Position numbers and translations under genes: made by a program
NCBI GenBank assembly: GCA_016699425.1
Contig: CP064975.1
Location: 590,098 to 654,097 of the forward strand
Source: Candidatus Moraniibacteriota bacterium
GTDB taxonomy: Bacteria > Patescibacteriota > Minisyncoccia > Moranbacterales > UBA1568
DNA: 64,000 bases
Reading direction: 5' to 3'
Notes under the pieces: generated by a model
Told to the model about the DNA's origin: nothing
What the model saw: the letters and a program-made list of their open reading frames with translations, nothing else
The model's database searches: none
Shown: positions 27,941 to 37,167 of the stretch, in pieces
Layout: each line of letters opens with the position of its first letter
Numbering within the stretch: position 1 is the stretch's first letter

Positions 27941-29131
27941 ACCGTGATGGGACTACTCACCGTGCAATTGTTGGCTTCATTTGACTCTGTGACCGCACTT
28001 TGATAATCAGCGCAGCCCTTGAAGTAGTACGTGCCACGGGCACCAGATCTTCATGCCGCCATCGTACTGCTCGCGTTCTTCACAACCGACGCAGAGTTTG
28101 GAAGCCTCGGTCCCATCATCGGTAATGTACGTCCAGGTACCGCCCGTGCCCGGACCCATGAACCAGTACGAGCTCCGGATTGCTGCTGGTGAGGGAGCGG
28201 TGCCGACGTTTTTCACGTACATCGCTGGATAGAACTTGCTCCCCGCCTTGATCGACGCTGACCCACCCGCTGGACCAACCGCTCTCACGATGAAGTCGGG
28301 TTGGGGTGGTGGTTTGGGCGCCAACGTCACCGTCAGGCTGGCTGAGTTGTTGGTCTCATCTGTTTCCGGTTGTGTTCCCTGGTAGTCGGTGAAAAAAGAG
28401 AGGGTGCAGGTTCCGACCACATTCGGCAATTGAACCGGGGTAAGAGTCTCTTCCCAAGCACTCGCACCAGCCGTGAGGCTGCTGGCCATGGTGCCATCGT
28501 CAGTGAGCAGTATGTTCGATCCCCCATTGCAGGAAACCGTGTAGGCACTGCGGATGTCAGCTGTGGCATTGACCGTGCCTTGATTGGTGATGGTGGCGCC
28601 GAGACGGACGAAGTCGCCAGCGTAGGTAGGGGCTTGGAGGAGGGTGAAGCCGCTCGGGGTGAGGTCGACATCGGGGACGTTGACTGTCCCTTCGACGACT
28701 TCAATCACTGCTTCGGTACTGCAGTTGTTGGACTCGTGCTTTTCGTCGTGCTCGCCGCCGTTGTTGTGATCGTCCTGGGGATGATCGATACAGGCGACAA
28801 TATTGTAAATGCCGGGTTCCGTGATCCACTCCCGGATGACCGTATTCTTGGTCTCGGTATGCGTATCGCCTGGCTTCAAGCTGTCGCACTGGGTCGTCGT
28901 GCTATCGATCCTGCGCCGCGCACCGTCACCACTAGAAGAATCCTTCTTGTAGCCCTTGGAGAGGTAGAAGTGGCCGGTAATGGTCTGCGTGGTATCGTCT
29001 GGATTGCAGGGGCCGTCACCGATATTCTTGGTTTGGGCTTTGGTATCGAAGGATTCATCCAGGCCGAACGTGTTGACTCTGGTACCCCAGGGGGTTTCGA
29101 GCCAGGTCTTGGTGGTAACGAAGTCGGGTGG
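27941..29131 (-). pseudogene. C-terminal half of an IS-disrupted secreted M23-peptidase/CARDB gene (two CARDB-like domains)
   Basis: With the IS removed, the reading frame is continuous from the M23 ORF into this segment (…APPAPEPPD|FVTTKTWLETPWG…LKPGDTHTE…). An extra +1 frame break near 28030-28045 separates the final CARDB motif (…GTYYFKGCADYQSAVTESNEANNCTVSSPITVY*). Confidence 0.7.
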
Positions 29132-29231
29132 GATACCGTTACCTTTTCAGTTGATGGAAAGTGTTGTTCTTGTTAGACTAGAGCCTCAAACCGGCTGTAA
29201 AGTTGACTTTAAGCCTTAAATTTCATTCAGC

Positions 29232-29975
29232 ATGTCAAAAAAATGGTCACGTCACTGTCCCCGCTGCAGCAGTCGTGAGACGGTGAAGAATGGCTCCCAA
29301 GGCTACAGCCATCACTACCTGTGTCGTGCTTGTGAACATTCTTTTTCTCGTTACTTCGGGCATGATCCGAGACTGCTGTGGATCGAGCATATTGATGGGG
29401 TACCGTTTCGTAAATTAGGAGATGAATATGGTCTCTCGGGAAAACAAGCCTTCGTGAGAGTTACAAGAGAATTAGCACAACTTCCTTCCAATGACGCTCT
29501 GACGCAAACCCTCTGTGACCCGAGACGCTTCTCGGGCATCCTTGTCATGGATGGGAAGTATGTGGCGGTCAAAGGCTTTGCGAGAAAGATTCCTTTTCTC
29601 TACGGCATTGATTACTTGACCCACGATATTCCCTTCGGGGCTTTGTATACAGCGGAAGATGAGGTGTCCTTCTCACGTTTCTTCCATCAAGTGAAGCAAC
29701 TTGGCTATGATCTTCAGATCGTGGTCGCCGATGACCGCTCTGGCCTGAAAAAGGCTCTCCTGAAGGTTTTTCCGTCGGCTCGGCTGCAGCTCTGCCACAA
29801 CCACTACCTGGAGAATATCCGGGTGGCTTTACGGGTGCGGAGTGAAGAGCGATACCGGCCCTTCTTTTACGCTCTCAAGGAGAGCGTGTTTGGAGAACGA
29901 GAGGATGTGACGAACGCCATTCGATCTTTGCCGCGAGCATCAAGAGAGAGAAACGTCTGCTCAAAAACATCGTAA
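29232..29975 (+). CDS. IS transposase ORF A (InsA-like zinc finger plus most of the DDE domain)
   Basis: CPRCSSRETVKNGSQGYSHHYLCRACEHSF is an IS1 InsA-type zinc ribbon. Candidate catalytic D residues in LVMDGKY and IVVADDRSG. Ends …CSKTS* immediately after a CAAAAAC run. Confidence 0.75.
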   Translation: MSKKWSRHCPRCSSRETVKNGSQGYSHHYLCRACEHSFSRYFGHDPRLLWIEHIDGVPFRKLGDEYGLSGKQAFVRVTRELAQLPSNDALTQTLCDPRRFSGILVMDGKYVAVKGFARKIPFLYGIDYLTHDIPFGALYTAEDEVSFSRFFHQVKQLGYDLQIVVADDRSGLKKALLKVFPSARLQLCHNHYLENIRVALRVRSEERYRPFFYALKESVFGEREDVTNAIRSLPRASRERNVCSKTS

Positions 29976-30319
29976 GTGAGATAGCGTACCGGCAGGAGGA
30001 ACTCTTCAATTACTTGCTGCTGCCAGGCTGTCCCAACAACACCAATCTCATTGAACTCTACAATTCCCATCTCAATGGGAGGCTGAAGACGATCAAGGGT
30101 TTTCAGAGTTTTGCTTCGGCTCAGTGTTGGTTGAATGCGTGGATGATACGGAGGAGAACCAAGCCTTTTACAGATTGTGAAGCTAAATTTAAATATTTGA
30201 ACGGTTACCCTTCACTCTCTTTGAGTATCAAAAAACAGGCTCGCTGGCCTGAGACATTAGTAAAACTAGGCGTAGAAGCAGTAAAACTTTTTGAAAAAAA
30301 GCGCCCTACTATCAACTGA
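29846..30319 (+). CDS. IS transposase ORF B (-1 frame; carries the N…E…N motif with the catalytic Glu)
   Basis: …EIAYRQEELFNYLLLPGCPNNTNLIELYNSHLNGRLKTIKGFQSFASAQCW is the DDE-transposase E-region. Open from 29846 and overlaps ORF A by ~130 nt. Confidence 0.7.
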   Translation, partial: RAIPALLLRSQGERVWRTRGCDERHSIFAASIKREKRLLKNIVSEIAYRQEELFNYLLLPGCPNNTNLIELYNSHLNGRLKTIKGFQSFASAQCWLNAWMIRRRTKPFTDCEAKFKYLNGYPSLSLSIKKQARWPETLVKLGVEAVKLFEKKRPTIN

Positions 30320-30343
30320 AAAGGTAACGGTAACGTCGGGTGG

Positions 30344-31375
30344 CTCGGGAGCGGGCGGGGCGATAGCTTGGATGGGATAGCCCTGACCGGTACCGTACAC
30401 TGCTTTGGAAGCATTGCCCGCGACCACGTTGCCTGTGTAGACATTGATGGTGTTGATGGTCCCGAAAGCACGAATATCAGCTGCGCTGACTGTTTCCCCG
30501 AAGAAGTTACGAATGGCACGCCAGAACCTCTGCCACAGTGGATCTTCTGGTACTTGCTCTTGCGGATCCTGACTGTCCGCAATCGAAAAGAGTTGATTCT
30601 GGGCTTCGACACAGGCGTCCATACCAGCCGGTTGAGCAAACATATTGGTGCCCAGACGGTAACGAGTATCTGCGCCTTCACAAGAACTGGTGGTCGGTGT
30701 CCAACAGACTGTGCCCTGACAGCGCGCTTGGACTTCGGTAGATTGGTTGTAGGCAGAGTGGGTTTGAATGAAGCGGATGGGATCCTCGAATGAATTCGTA
30801 CAGGTGTTATCCCCTTCGCACGGAGTCCTCCATTCGGTATTTGCCATCATCCCCCAACCCTTTACACCCTTAACGGTAGCGGGAGGCGTACTTCCGAAGA
30901 AGATACCGAAATGCAAGTGGATGCCGCAACACCAGTCTCCGGTTTTCCCTATGGGTCTTCCAGCATAAACATCGTTTCCTGCCGGCAGACTTTCTTTCGA
31001 GAGATGCCCGTACAACGCAGTAAATACCTTCCCATCATACATTTTGTGTCGGATGAACAAGGCACAATTTCCGGGGCCCCATGCAGCATCATCACAATGA
31101 CGCTTGTAGATCGTACCATCTGCAATGGCATAGACATTGGCGTCCAGCCTGCGCGTCATCATATCCACGCCATTATGGTAGAAGCCATCGAAATAGTGCG
31201 GGGCTTCCGATGCGCTTTCATGTGCGTCATCCCTTCCTAACCATGTACCTCCCCCGCTCTCAAACGTTGCTTTTCCAATTGGATAGAAGAATCCCGTCTC
31301 CGTCTGGTCAATAGCATATACCGCATGCGCAAACAGACACAGCACTACCAGGATGAACATCGTTACTGCTTTCAT
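30344..31375 (-). pseudogene. N-terminal half of the IS-disrupted gene: secreted M23 (LytM-type) metallopeptidase domain
   Basis: Signal peptide MKAVTMFILVVLCLFAHAVYA and M23 motifs (…GRPIGKTGDWCCGIHLHFGIF…). The 369-aa track ORF (30266-31375) ends with 26 IS-encoded residues. Confidence 0.8.
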
Positions 31376-31485
31376 GTTGCTCTCCTTTCTGAGAGACTGA
31401 TTGTAAAGGGACTGCTGGTGTAGAGATAAAAAATACTATCCTACAGAATCTACGCATCATCTGATGTGTAGATTATTGTAAGACA

Positions 31486-32136
31486 CTATCTAACAAGCCT
31501 GATCGAGGAGAGAAATTGCTTTTTTATATTCTCATCCAATTGTTTTTGTACCCACGGGAAACTTATTCGGTAATATCCGCCATTGTATTCGAACATTATC
31601 GCTTCATAACCCATTTCGCCAGGCATTGAGAGGATGTATGCCTTTGTTCCATCTATTGTTGTCTCACCAGTTACATTAATGTATGTGTGTTCGCTATCTG
31701 CAAGAAAATCCTCAAAATTCTCATACTTTTTCTCTTCTTCCCAACTACCCCCTTTCAATTCCGGATTATTTATGTCTTCCCATCGATTAATTGAAATAAC
31801 CAGGAAATAGCCTGGGATCTTCTGACCAGTTAAATCCTTTGCGTCTCCATCAAACTCCATGAACATAACCACACAACCGATATCTGTTGACTCGCTATCT
31901 ACCTTGAATGCTGTCGGATATTTAACGCTGAGCTTTAGTGTATCATTTCGATAGGTTTTCCAGTCGGAAGTATCGATCGGGTTCGCTGGTTCAGTCTGTG
32001 TCACTGGCTCGACGACGGGCTCAGTGGTCACAGGTGGATGAATGACTGCCTGCCGCTTTTGCATCATCCAAAAGGCGCCAGCAATGACGAGCAGGGCGAT
32101 AAGGGCGGTAGCGAGGAAGAGGGGTTTATGATTCAT
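31486..32136 (-). CDS. membrane-anchored hypothetical protein, paralog family A
   Basis: MNHKPLFLATALIALLVIAGAFWMMQ N-terminal anchor; paralog of 41008-41688 (MHQKPLFLTIILITLLAVIAGAFWCLQ). Immediately upstream of the M23 gene. Confidence 0.6.
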   Translation of the reverse strand: MNHKPLFLATALIALLVIAGAFWMMQKRQAVIHPPVTTEPVVEPVTQTEPANPIDTSDWKTYRNDTLKLSVKYPTAFKVDSESTDIGCVVMFMEFDGDAKDLTGQKIPGYFLVISINRWEDINNPELKGGSWEEEKKYENFEDFLADSEHTYINVTGETTIDGTKAYILSMPGEMGYEAIMFEYNGGYYRISFPWVQKQLDENIKKQFLSSIRLVR

Positions 32137-32283
32137 AGATTTGGAAATTGAAAGTAGCAAAAAGGGACTGAGACTGTCAAGCCCAGAATACTTGATTCCG
32201 AACGGACGGTCGAGAAGCGTGAACAGTCCCGCAAGGATTCCGACCAGGTGATCAGGAATTAGCCATTGACTCGAGGAAATTCT

Positions 32284-33624
32284 TTACGGTGTGAGGCGCT
32301 TGACGTCGCGCGGATAGAGGATGGCTTCCTTGATAGAGCCGAGGCCGAGGAGCTTCTGGACGATACGTTCGCTGCCGAGCCCCCAACCACCGTGCGGGGG
32401 TGTCCCGTACTTGAAGATGTCGAGATAATCCTTGAAGGCTTCCGGATCGAGTCCTCGTTGTTCAAGTGTTTCTCTCAGTTGGGCATAGTCATGAATCCGT
32501 TCGGCACCTGACGCGATCTCCACACCGCGGAAAACGAGGTCGAAGGTTTCACTCTGCTTCGGGTCCCCAGGACTCGGCAGGCTATAAAAAGCGCGAGCCG
32601 CCGTCGGGTAATGCGTCAGGAATACCAGATCAGAATTGTACTTCTGCTTGACGTATTCGCCGATCAGCCGTTCCCCTTCACTGTCGATATCCTCTGCCTC
32701 CAATTCCTTGCCATATTCTTTCTTCAGAATTTCAAACGCCTCGGCAAGACGCATACGCGGAATAGCCACTGGCTCGGGGACCGTCGCTCCATACTGGGCA
32801 AGTGCACCGGCACACGTCGCGCCGATATGACGGAACATGTGGTGTATGGTCTTTTCTAGCATCGCCATCACGTCTTCCATGCTGTCGATGAACCCCATCT
32901 CGGCATCAAGTCCTGTAAACTCCGTCACGTGGCGGGTGGTATAGCTGGGCTCCGCGCGGAACACGCTGCCGATCTCGAAGACACGCTCGAATGCGCTCAT
33001 CCCCGCCTGTTTGTAGAACTGCGGACTCTGGGCCAGGTACGCATCCCGATCAAAGTACTTGATCTTGAAAAAGTTCGCCCCACCTTCGGTCGCGGCCGAA
33101 AGGATCTTCGGTGTCTTGATCTCCATAAATCCCTCGCTCCGCATATAACCCTCGTAGGATTCGAGGAGCACATCATACACCTGAAATATCGCCTGCACTT
33201 TCGGATTGCGCAGGGTCGCTGTCCGATGATTCAACAATGTCTCGAGCTGAAGATGCATCTCGGGCTGTGAGACGTCAATCGGCAAGTCCTCGACTGGCTG
33301 CCCAACAATCGTAAGCGCAGTGACTTCGATTTCGATCCGATCTTCCGGCCGAACCGAAACTCCTTCTCCATCGCTCCCCTTTTTCAGCGGACGCTCCTTG
33401 ACCAGCCCCTCAACAGTCACCGCATACTCCGCGCGAACCTCTCTGGCAGCCTCGATAACCGTCGACTTCTCTGGTGTCACGACGAGCTGCACCGCGCCGC
33501 TCCGATCACGCAGGACAAAGAAGATAAGCTTGCCATGGTCTCGGCGCTCCATTATCCAACCCGAGAGTCGGACCGTCTCACCGCCATTCCCCGCCGCGTC
33601 ATGAATCAGTGTCCGTGCCAGCAT
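32284..33624 (-). CDS. aspS: class IIb aminoacyl-tRNA synthetase, archaeal-type AspRS (or AsnRS)
   Basis: 446 aa with OB anticodon-binding domain; motif 2 FRAEPSYTTRHVTEFTGLDAEM; C-terminal GGWGLGSERIVQKLLGLGSIKEAILYPRDVKRLTP. AspRS type 2 and AsnRS cannot be separated by eye. Confidence 0.6.
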   Translation of the reverse strand: MLARTLIHDAAGNGGETVRLSGWIMERRDHGKLIFFVLRDRSGAVQLVVTPEKSTVIEAAREVRAEYAVTVEGLVKERPLKKGSDGEGVSVRPEDRIEIEVTALTIVGQPVEDLPIDVSQPEMHLQLETLLNHRTATLRNPKVQAIFQVYDVLLESYEGYMRSEGFMEIKTPKILSAATEGGANFFKIKYFDRDAYLAQSPQFYKQAGMSAFERVFEIGSVFRAEPSYTTRHVTEFTGLDAEMGFIDSMEDVMAMLEKTIHHMFRHIGATCAGALAQYGATVPEPVAIPRMRLAEAFEILKKEYGKELEAEDIDSEGERLIGEYVKQKYNSDLVFLTHYPTAARAFYSLPSPGDPKQSETFDLVFRGVEIASGAERIHDYAQLRETLEQRGLDPEAFKDYLDIFKYGTPPHGGWGLGSERIVQKLLGLGSIKEAILYPRDVKRLTP

Positions 33625-33645
33625 ATGTTTCCGTTCTCAGTCAGA

Positions 33646-34488
33646 TTATTTCTCAGAAAAAAATTCCTTCGCGATTGAGGTGAGTTCACTCGGCGTCACC
33701 TGAGTCTTCAGAAACGAACGATCCACCGCTCCCGATGCTTCAAGCGCTTTCACTTCTTCTTCCTCGAGTGAAGCGGTAAGGAGGAATATCGGTGTATGTT
33801 TCGTCTGCTCATCGGCCCGCAACGTCTCGATGATGGCTTTACCGTTCATCGTTGGCAGTAGATGGTCAGTAATGACGAGATCGAATCCCCCCGTCCGGGC
33901 CTGCTCCAACCCTGCCCGGCCATCGCTCTCGACCACGACATCATAGCCATCATCCCGGAGCGGCTTTCCAAACATCTCGGCGAACACCGGCTCGTCCTCG
34001 AGAAGCAGGATACGCTTCTTCATCCCCGGTTCCAGCACTGTCTCAGCAGACGAATTGACCTCGGCATGAATCGAGTCAGCCGCCGCCAGGAGGCTCGCAT
34101 GCCTTTGTTGGGAAGCAAATTGATCGAGATACCGCTGAACCTCAACAACGACTTCCGAAGGAGTGAAATCCGTTTTCGAAATGAAACCGTCCGCCCCGGC
34201 GGCGAGGGCCTCTTGCCGCTCCTGCGGACCAGACAGGTTGCTGAAGATGACGATCTTCAGACCAGTATCGAAGTCCCTATCCGTACGGAGCTCATGCAAG
34301 ACCTCCATACCGGACAGCTCCGGGAGGACCATGTCGAGCAGAACGAGGTCGAAAGTGCCCTCACGAACCTTCTTCAATGCATCGCGACCAGACAACGCCG
34401 GCACGACCTCGAACCCCGACGATTGAAATTTCTTGGTATAGATCTCGGATATGAACGGGTCATCTTCGACGAACAGGAGGGTGGCCAT
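33646..34488 (-). CDS. response regulator with two tandem receiver (REC) domains and no output domain
   Basis: REC1 LFVEDDP…DLVLLDMVLP…KIVIFSN; REC2 ILLLEDEP…DLVITDHLLP…PIFLLTAS. Confidence 0.8.
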   Translation of the reverse strand: MATLLFVEDDPFISEIYTKKFQSSGFEVVPALSGRDALKKVREGTFDLVLLDMVLPELSGMEVLHELRTDRDFDTGLKIVIFSNLSGPQERQEALAAGADGFISKTDFTPSEVVVEVQRYLDQFASQQRHASLLAAADSIHAEVNSSAETVLEPGMKKRILLLEDEPVFAEMFGKPLRDDGYDVVVESDGRAGLEQARTGGFDLVITDHLLPTMNGKAIIETLRADEQTKHTPIFLLTASLEEEEVKALEASGAVDRSFLKTQVTPSELTSIAKEFFSEK

Positions 34489-34520
34489 AGGGGTGATTCA
34501 TTTCTATCTTCTGCAGAGTA

Positions 34521-36188
34521 TCAGTGTTCGGATTCCTTTTCAAGCGGCGGATGACCAATTGGCAGACTAATCGTGAAGCACGTCCCCTTCCCACGTCCCG
34601 CTGACTCCACGCTGATCGTGCCGCCGTGTGCCTCGATGAAGCTCTTACCTACATAAAGACCGAGTCCCGTACTTGAGACGTTTACCTTGGCGGCATCCTT
34701 ACCCCGTTCGAATTTTTTGAAGAGGTGCGGCAGATCATCAGCATCAACTCCGACACCTGTGTCCGACACTGTCACCACGACCCGATCCCCCGCTTTCCCC
34801 GCCTTTACAGCGACCTCGCCCTTTTCAGTATATTTGATGGAATTATCAATGATGTTGGAGATCGCCTCCCGGATCTTTGCACTGTCAATCTGGAGCATCG
34901 GCAGCGGGTCCTTGGGGAGCGTAATCCCTAGCTTCAAGCCCTTCGCATGGGCCGCAAGAACAAAGACATCTCGCAGCTCGGTGAGAATATCCTCGATGTG
35001 TGCAGAGGCGAACTGATATTGGATCCGTCCCGCCTCGATGCGCGAGATATTGAGCAGGTTTTCCACCAGGTTCATGAGTCGATTGTTGGCGAGATACACT
35101 TTGTTCAAAGTATCCGAGACGCTTGGTTCGAGCCGACCATACGCGCCTTCGAGGAGGAGTGAAACGAAACCCTTGATCGCCGTCAGTGGCGTCCGGAGCT
35201 GATGCGAAGCAATCGAGATGAACTCGCTCTTGGCATTGTCCAGCCGCCGCAGCTCAGCATTGGCGATCGCGAGACTATCGCTGATTTTCTGTAATTCTTC
35301 CTTGCGTTTAATCTCCTCCTTCACTGAACGGATGAGGAAATAGGCAAATATAATTGCTATGAAAAGTGTGATTGTTGTGAGAATAAGTCCTGAAGTCGAA
35401 ACGATAAAGAAATATTCTGTCCCGATGAGTATGATGAAAGCCCCCATGAGTGCTTGAGCAGCCAGTATCTTTATGTTGAACGCTTCATACTTAACGATCA
35501 TTACAACGAGGAAAGCCATGAACACAAACATACCGAAAAGGCCATATTGTTCATACTCCCATGTCCCAAGGACATCCGCGACTAAATTCCCTGTGTAGAA
35601 ACTCATTATAAAGAAACCAGTACCCAAAGAAAGGAGGAGGGCCTGTCTCCTGTTTAACCACCAATTCTTTCGACACTCATAGAGAAGGAATAGCGTAAGC
35701 CAAACAAAATATACTGCTTGGAGACCACGGAAATAGACGGTAAGCCCACCTTCATTCGCCTCACAGATTGACAAGTCGAAGCCTGTGAGATTTAGATTCG
35801 TAGGAAGTAATAGTAAAAAAGGGAAAAGCGGCAAGACCCCCAGAGAAAAAAGCCATGCGCGAGGGTCCTTTCGTTCTAAAAATACATAAGAAAAATATAG
35901 CGTTAATGCTGGAACGAGAATATAGGTAAAATTCATGAAGGACCATGAGACCATGATGATCCGACTATCAACGTTGGTCCAATTAATCAGATCGATGAAA
36001 TTCCAGAGAGAGAATATGGAAACGACCGATAAAAGCAGTTTACTCTCAAGGCTCTTGTTCTTTGAAAAGACTAGCAGTCCGATAAGGATTGCTGTGAAAA
36101 TGACTGGAATATGAGAGTAATAAAGAAGAGTCGGAGTGGAGTTCGAGAAAATCAGCGCTATCGGTGATGGAATGTCAGTACAAAACAT
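34521..36188 (-). CDS. sensor histidine kinase with polytopic N-terminal membrane domain
   Basis: About 8 TM helices, then HisKA H-box SIASHQLRTPLTAIKG and HATPase_c boxes (DTGVGV…GTGLGLYVGK). Confidence 0.85.
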   Translation of the reverse strand: MFCTDIPSPIALIFSNSTPTLLYYSHIPVIFTAILIGLLVFSKNKSLESKLLLSVVSIFSLWNFIDLINWTNVDSRIIMVSWSFMNFTYILVPALTLYFSYVFLERKDPRAWLFSLGVLPLFPFLLLLPTNLNLTGFDLSICEANEGGLTVYFRGLQAVYFVWLTLFLLYECRKNWWLNRRQALLLSLGTGFFIMSFYTGNLVADVLGTWEYEQYGLFGMFVFMAFLVVMIVKYEAFNIKILAAQALMGAFIILIGTEYFFIVSTSGLILTTITLFIAIIFAYFLIRSVKEEIKRKEELQKISDSLAIANAELRRLDNAKSEFISIASHQLRTPLTAIKGFVSLLLEGAYGRLEPSVSDTLNKVYLANNRLMNLVENLLNISRIEAGRIQYQFASAHIEDILTELRDVFVLAAHAKGLKLGITLPKDPLPMLQIDSAKIREAISNIIDNSIKYTEKGEVAVKAGKAGDRVVVTVSDTGVGVDADDLPHLFKKFERGKDAAKVNVSSTGLGLYVGKSFIEAHGGTISVESAGRGKGTCFTISLPIGHPPLEKESEH

Positions 36189-36219
36189 AATATATTTTCA
36201 CTATAGCAATATATCGGCG

Positions 36220-37158
36220 TTACGTGGAGAGGAAGAATACACCGGTGCTAATTATAATGGAGCAAAAAATCTTAATTTTATACCCGACAAGCTGCTGACC
36301 ATACATCGCCACCCTAGCCTTAAGGGATGAAGAAAACTCAGAGGATAAGACAATAAAAACGCTAAACAGCATGACAATTATCGGACTCAGACTTTCTATT
36401 GTTGCCACCAGCGCAGATGAGGGGCTTAAGTCTAGCGCTCGCTGAGAAAACATGGTCCCCACCAACGCTAGGGCCTCAGCTGAGAAGAATACAAGAAAGT
36501 AACTTCTTGAAAGAGTGAAAATTCTCGCGAGATTTCCACTACCATGACGCAGGCGTCGGAATGCCACAAGAAATAACGTCCCAGCTATGGCTCCAGATGA
36601 GAACAATAGATAACCGTCGAAAAAAATTCCATCGGAGAGACTATAGCCATGGCTAGCCAATAACATACTGACTGAGAGAAAAACAACCGCTGACCCCATA
36701 GGTGCAAGGAGCGGAGTGAGTTGGTTCAAGCTAAAAGATTTACTTAAATGGAGTGCTGATACACCTAAGAACACAAGGAGACAACCGATATATTGATTTG
36801 CATGTAATACATCTCGATACATTACCCATGAGAGTAGCATCGTCATAGGGACTGTAAAATTCCAAAGGAGCTGAACCAATGAGGCATCGTTTTTTGCGAA
36901 TAGAGCCTTGAAGTAGAAAAAATTTGCCCAGACGAACAGTGCACCAGACAGAGCCAGACTTAAAACCCCCGCATTTGGTAGCGAAAATCTCCAGGCACCA
37001 ACAAGAACAGTGAGCCAGGGCAATAGTTGAAAAGCTCCAGAGACAATGGCGCCATCGTACTCGTCTGAATAGATAGAATCAACAAAGTAAACATCTATCA
37101 AATTCACGATTGCCCACAGCAACGGAGCGACTAGGGCGATAAACAGCCAGGATTCCAT
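36220..37158 (-). CDS. DMT/EamA-family membrane transporter
   Basis: 10 predicted TM helices in a two-fold EamA-like arrangement. Confidence 0.55.
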   Translation of the reverse strand: MESWLFIALVAPLLWAIVNLIDVYFVDSIYSDEYDGAIVSGAFQLLPWLTVLVGAWRFSLPNAGVLSLALSGALFVWANFFYFKALFAKNDASLVQLLWNFTVPMTMLLSWVMYRDVLHANQYIGCLLVFLGVSALHLSKSFSLNQLTPLLAPMGSAVVFLSVSMLLASHGYSLSDGIFFDGYLLFSSGAIAGTLFLVAFRRLRHGSGNLARIFTLSRSYFLVFFSAEALALVGTMFSQRALDLSPSSALVATIESLSPIIVMLFSVFIVLSSEFSSSLKARVAMYGQQLVGYKIKIFCSIIISTGVFFLST

Positions 37159-37167
37159 ATGATTCCA

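Larger units (their letters stand above)
29132..30334 (+). mobile_element. IS1-family-like insertion sequence (1203 bp)
   Basis: Terminal inverted repeats GATACCGTTACCTTTTCAGTTGAT and (rc) GTTACCGTTACCTTTTCAGTTGAT, 24/26 identical. Perfect 9-bp direct repeats GTCGGGTGG at 29123-29131 and 30335-30343. Confidence 0.85.

Noticed and set aside
28370-29176. 268-aa forward ORF across the CARDB region
   Set aside because: Antisense to the CARDB-domain coding sequence, which has clear repeated domain motifs on the minus strand.
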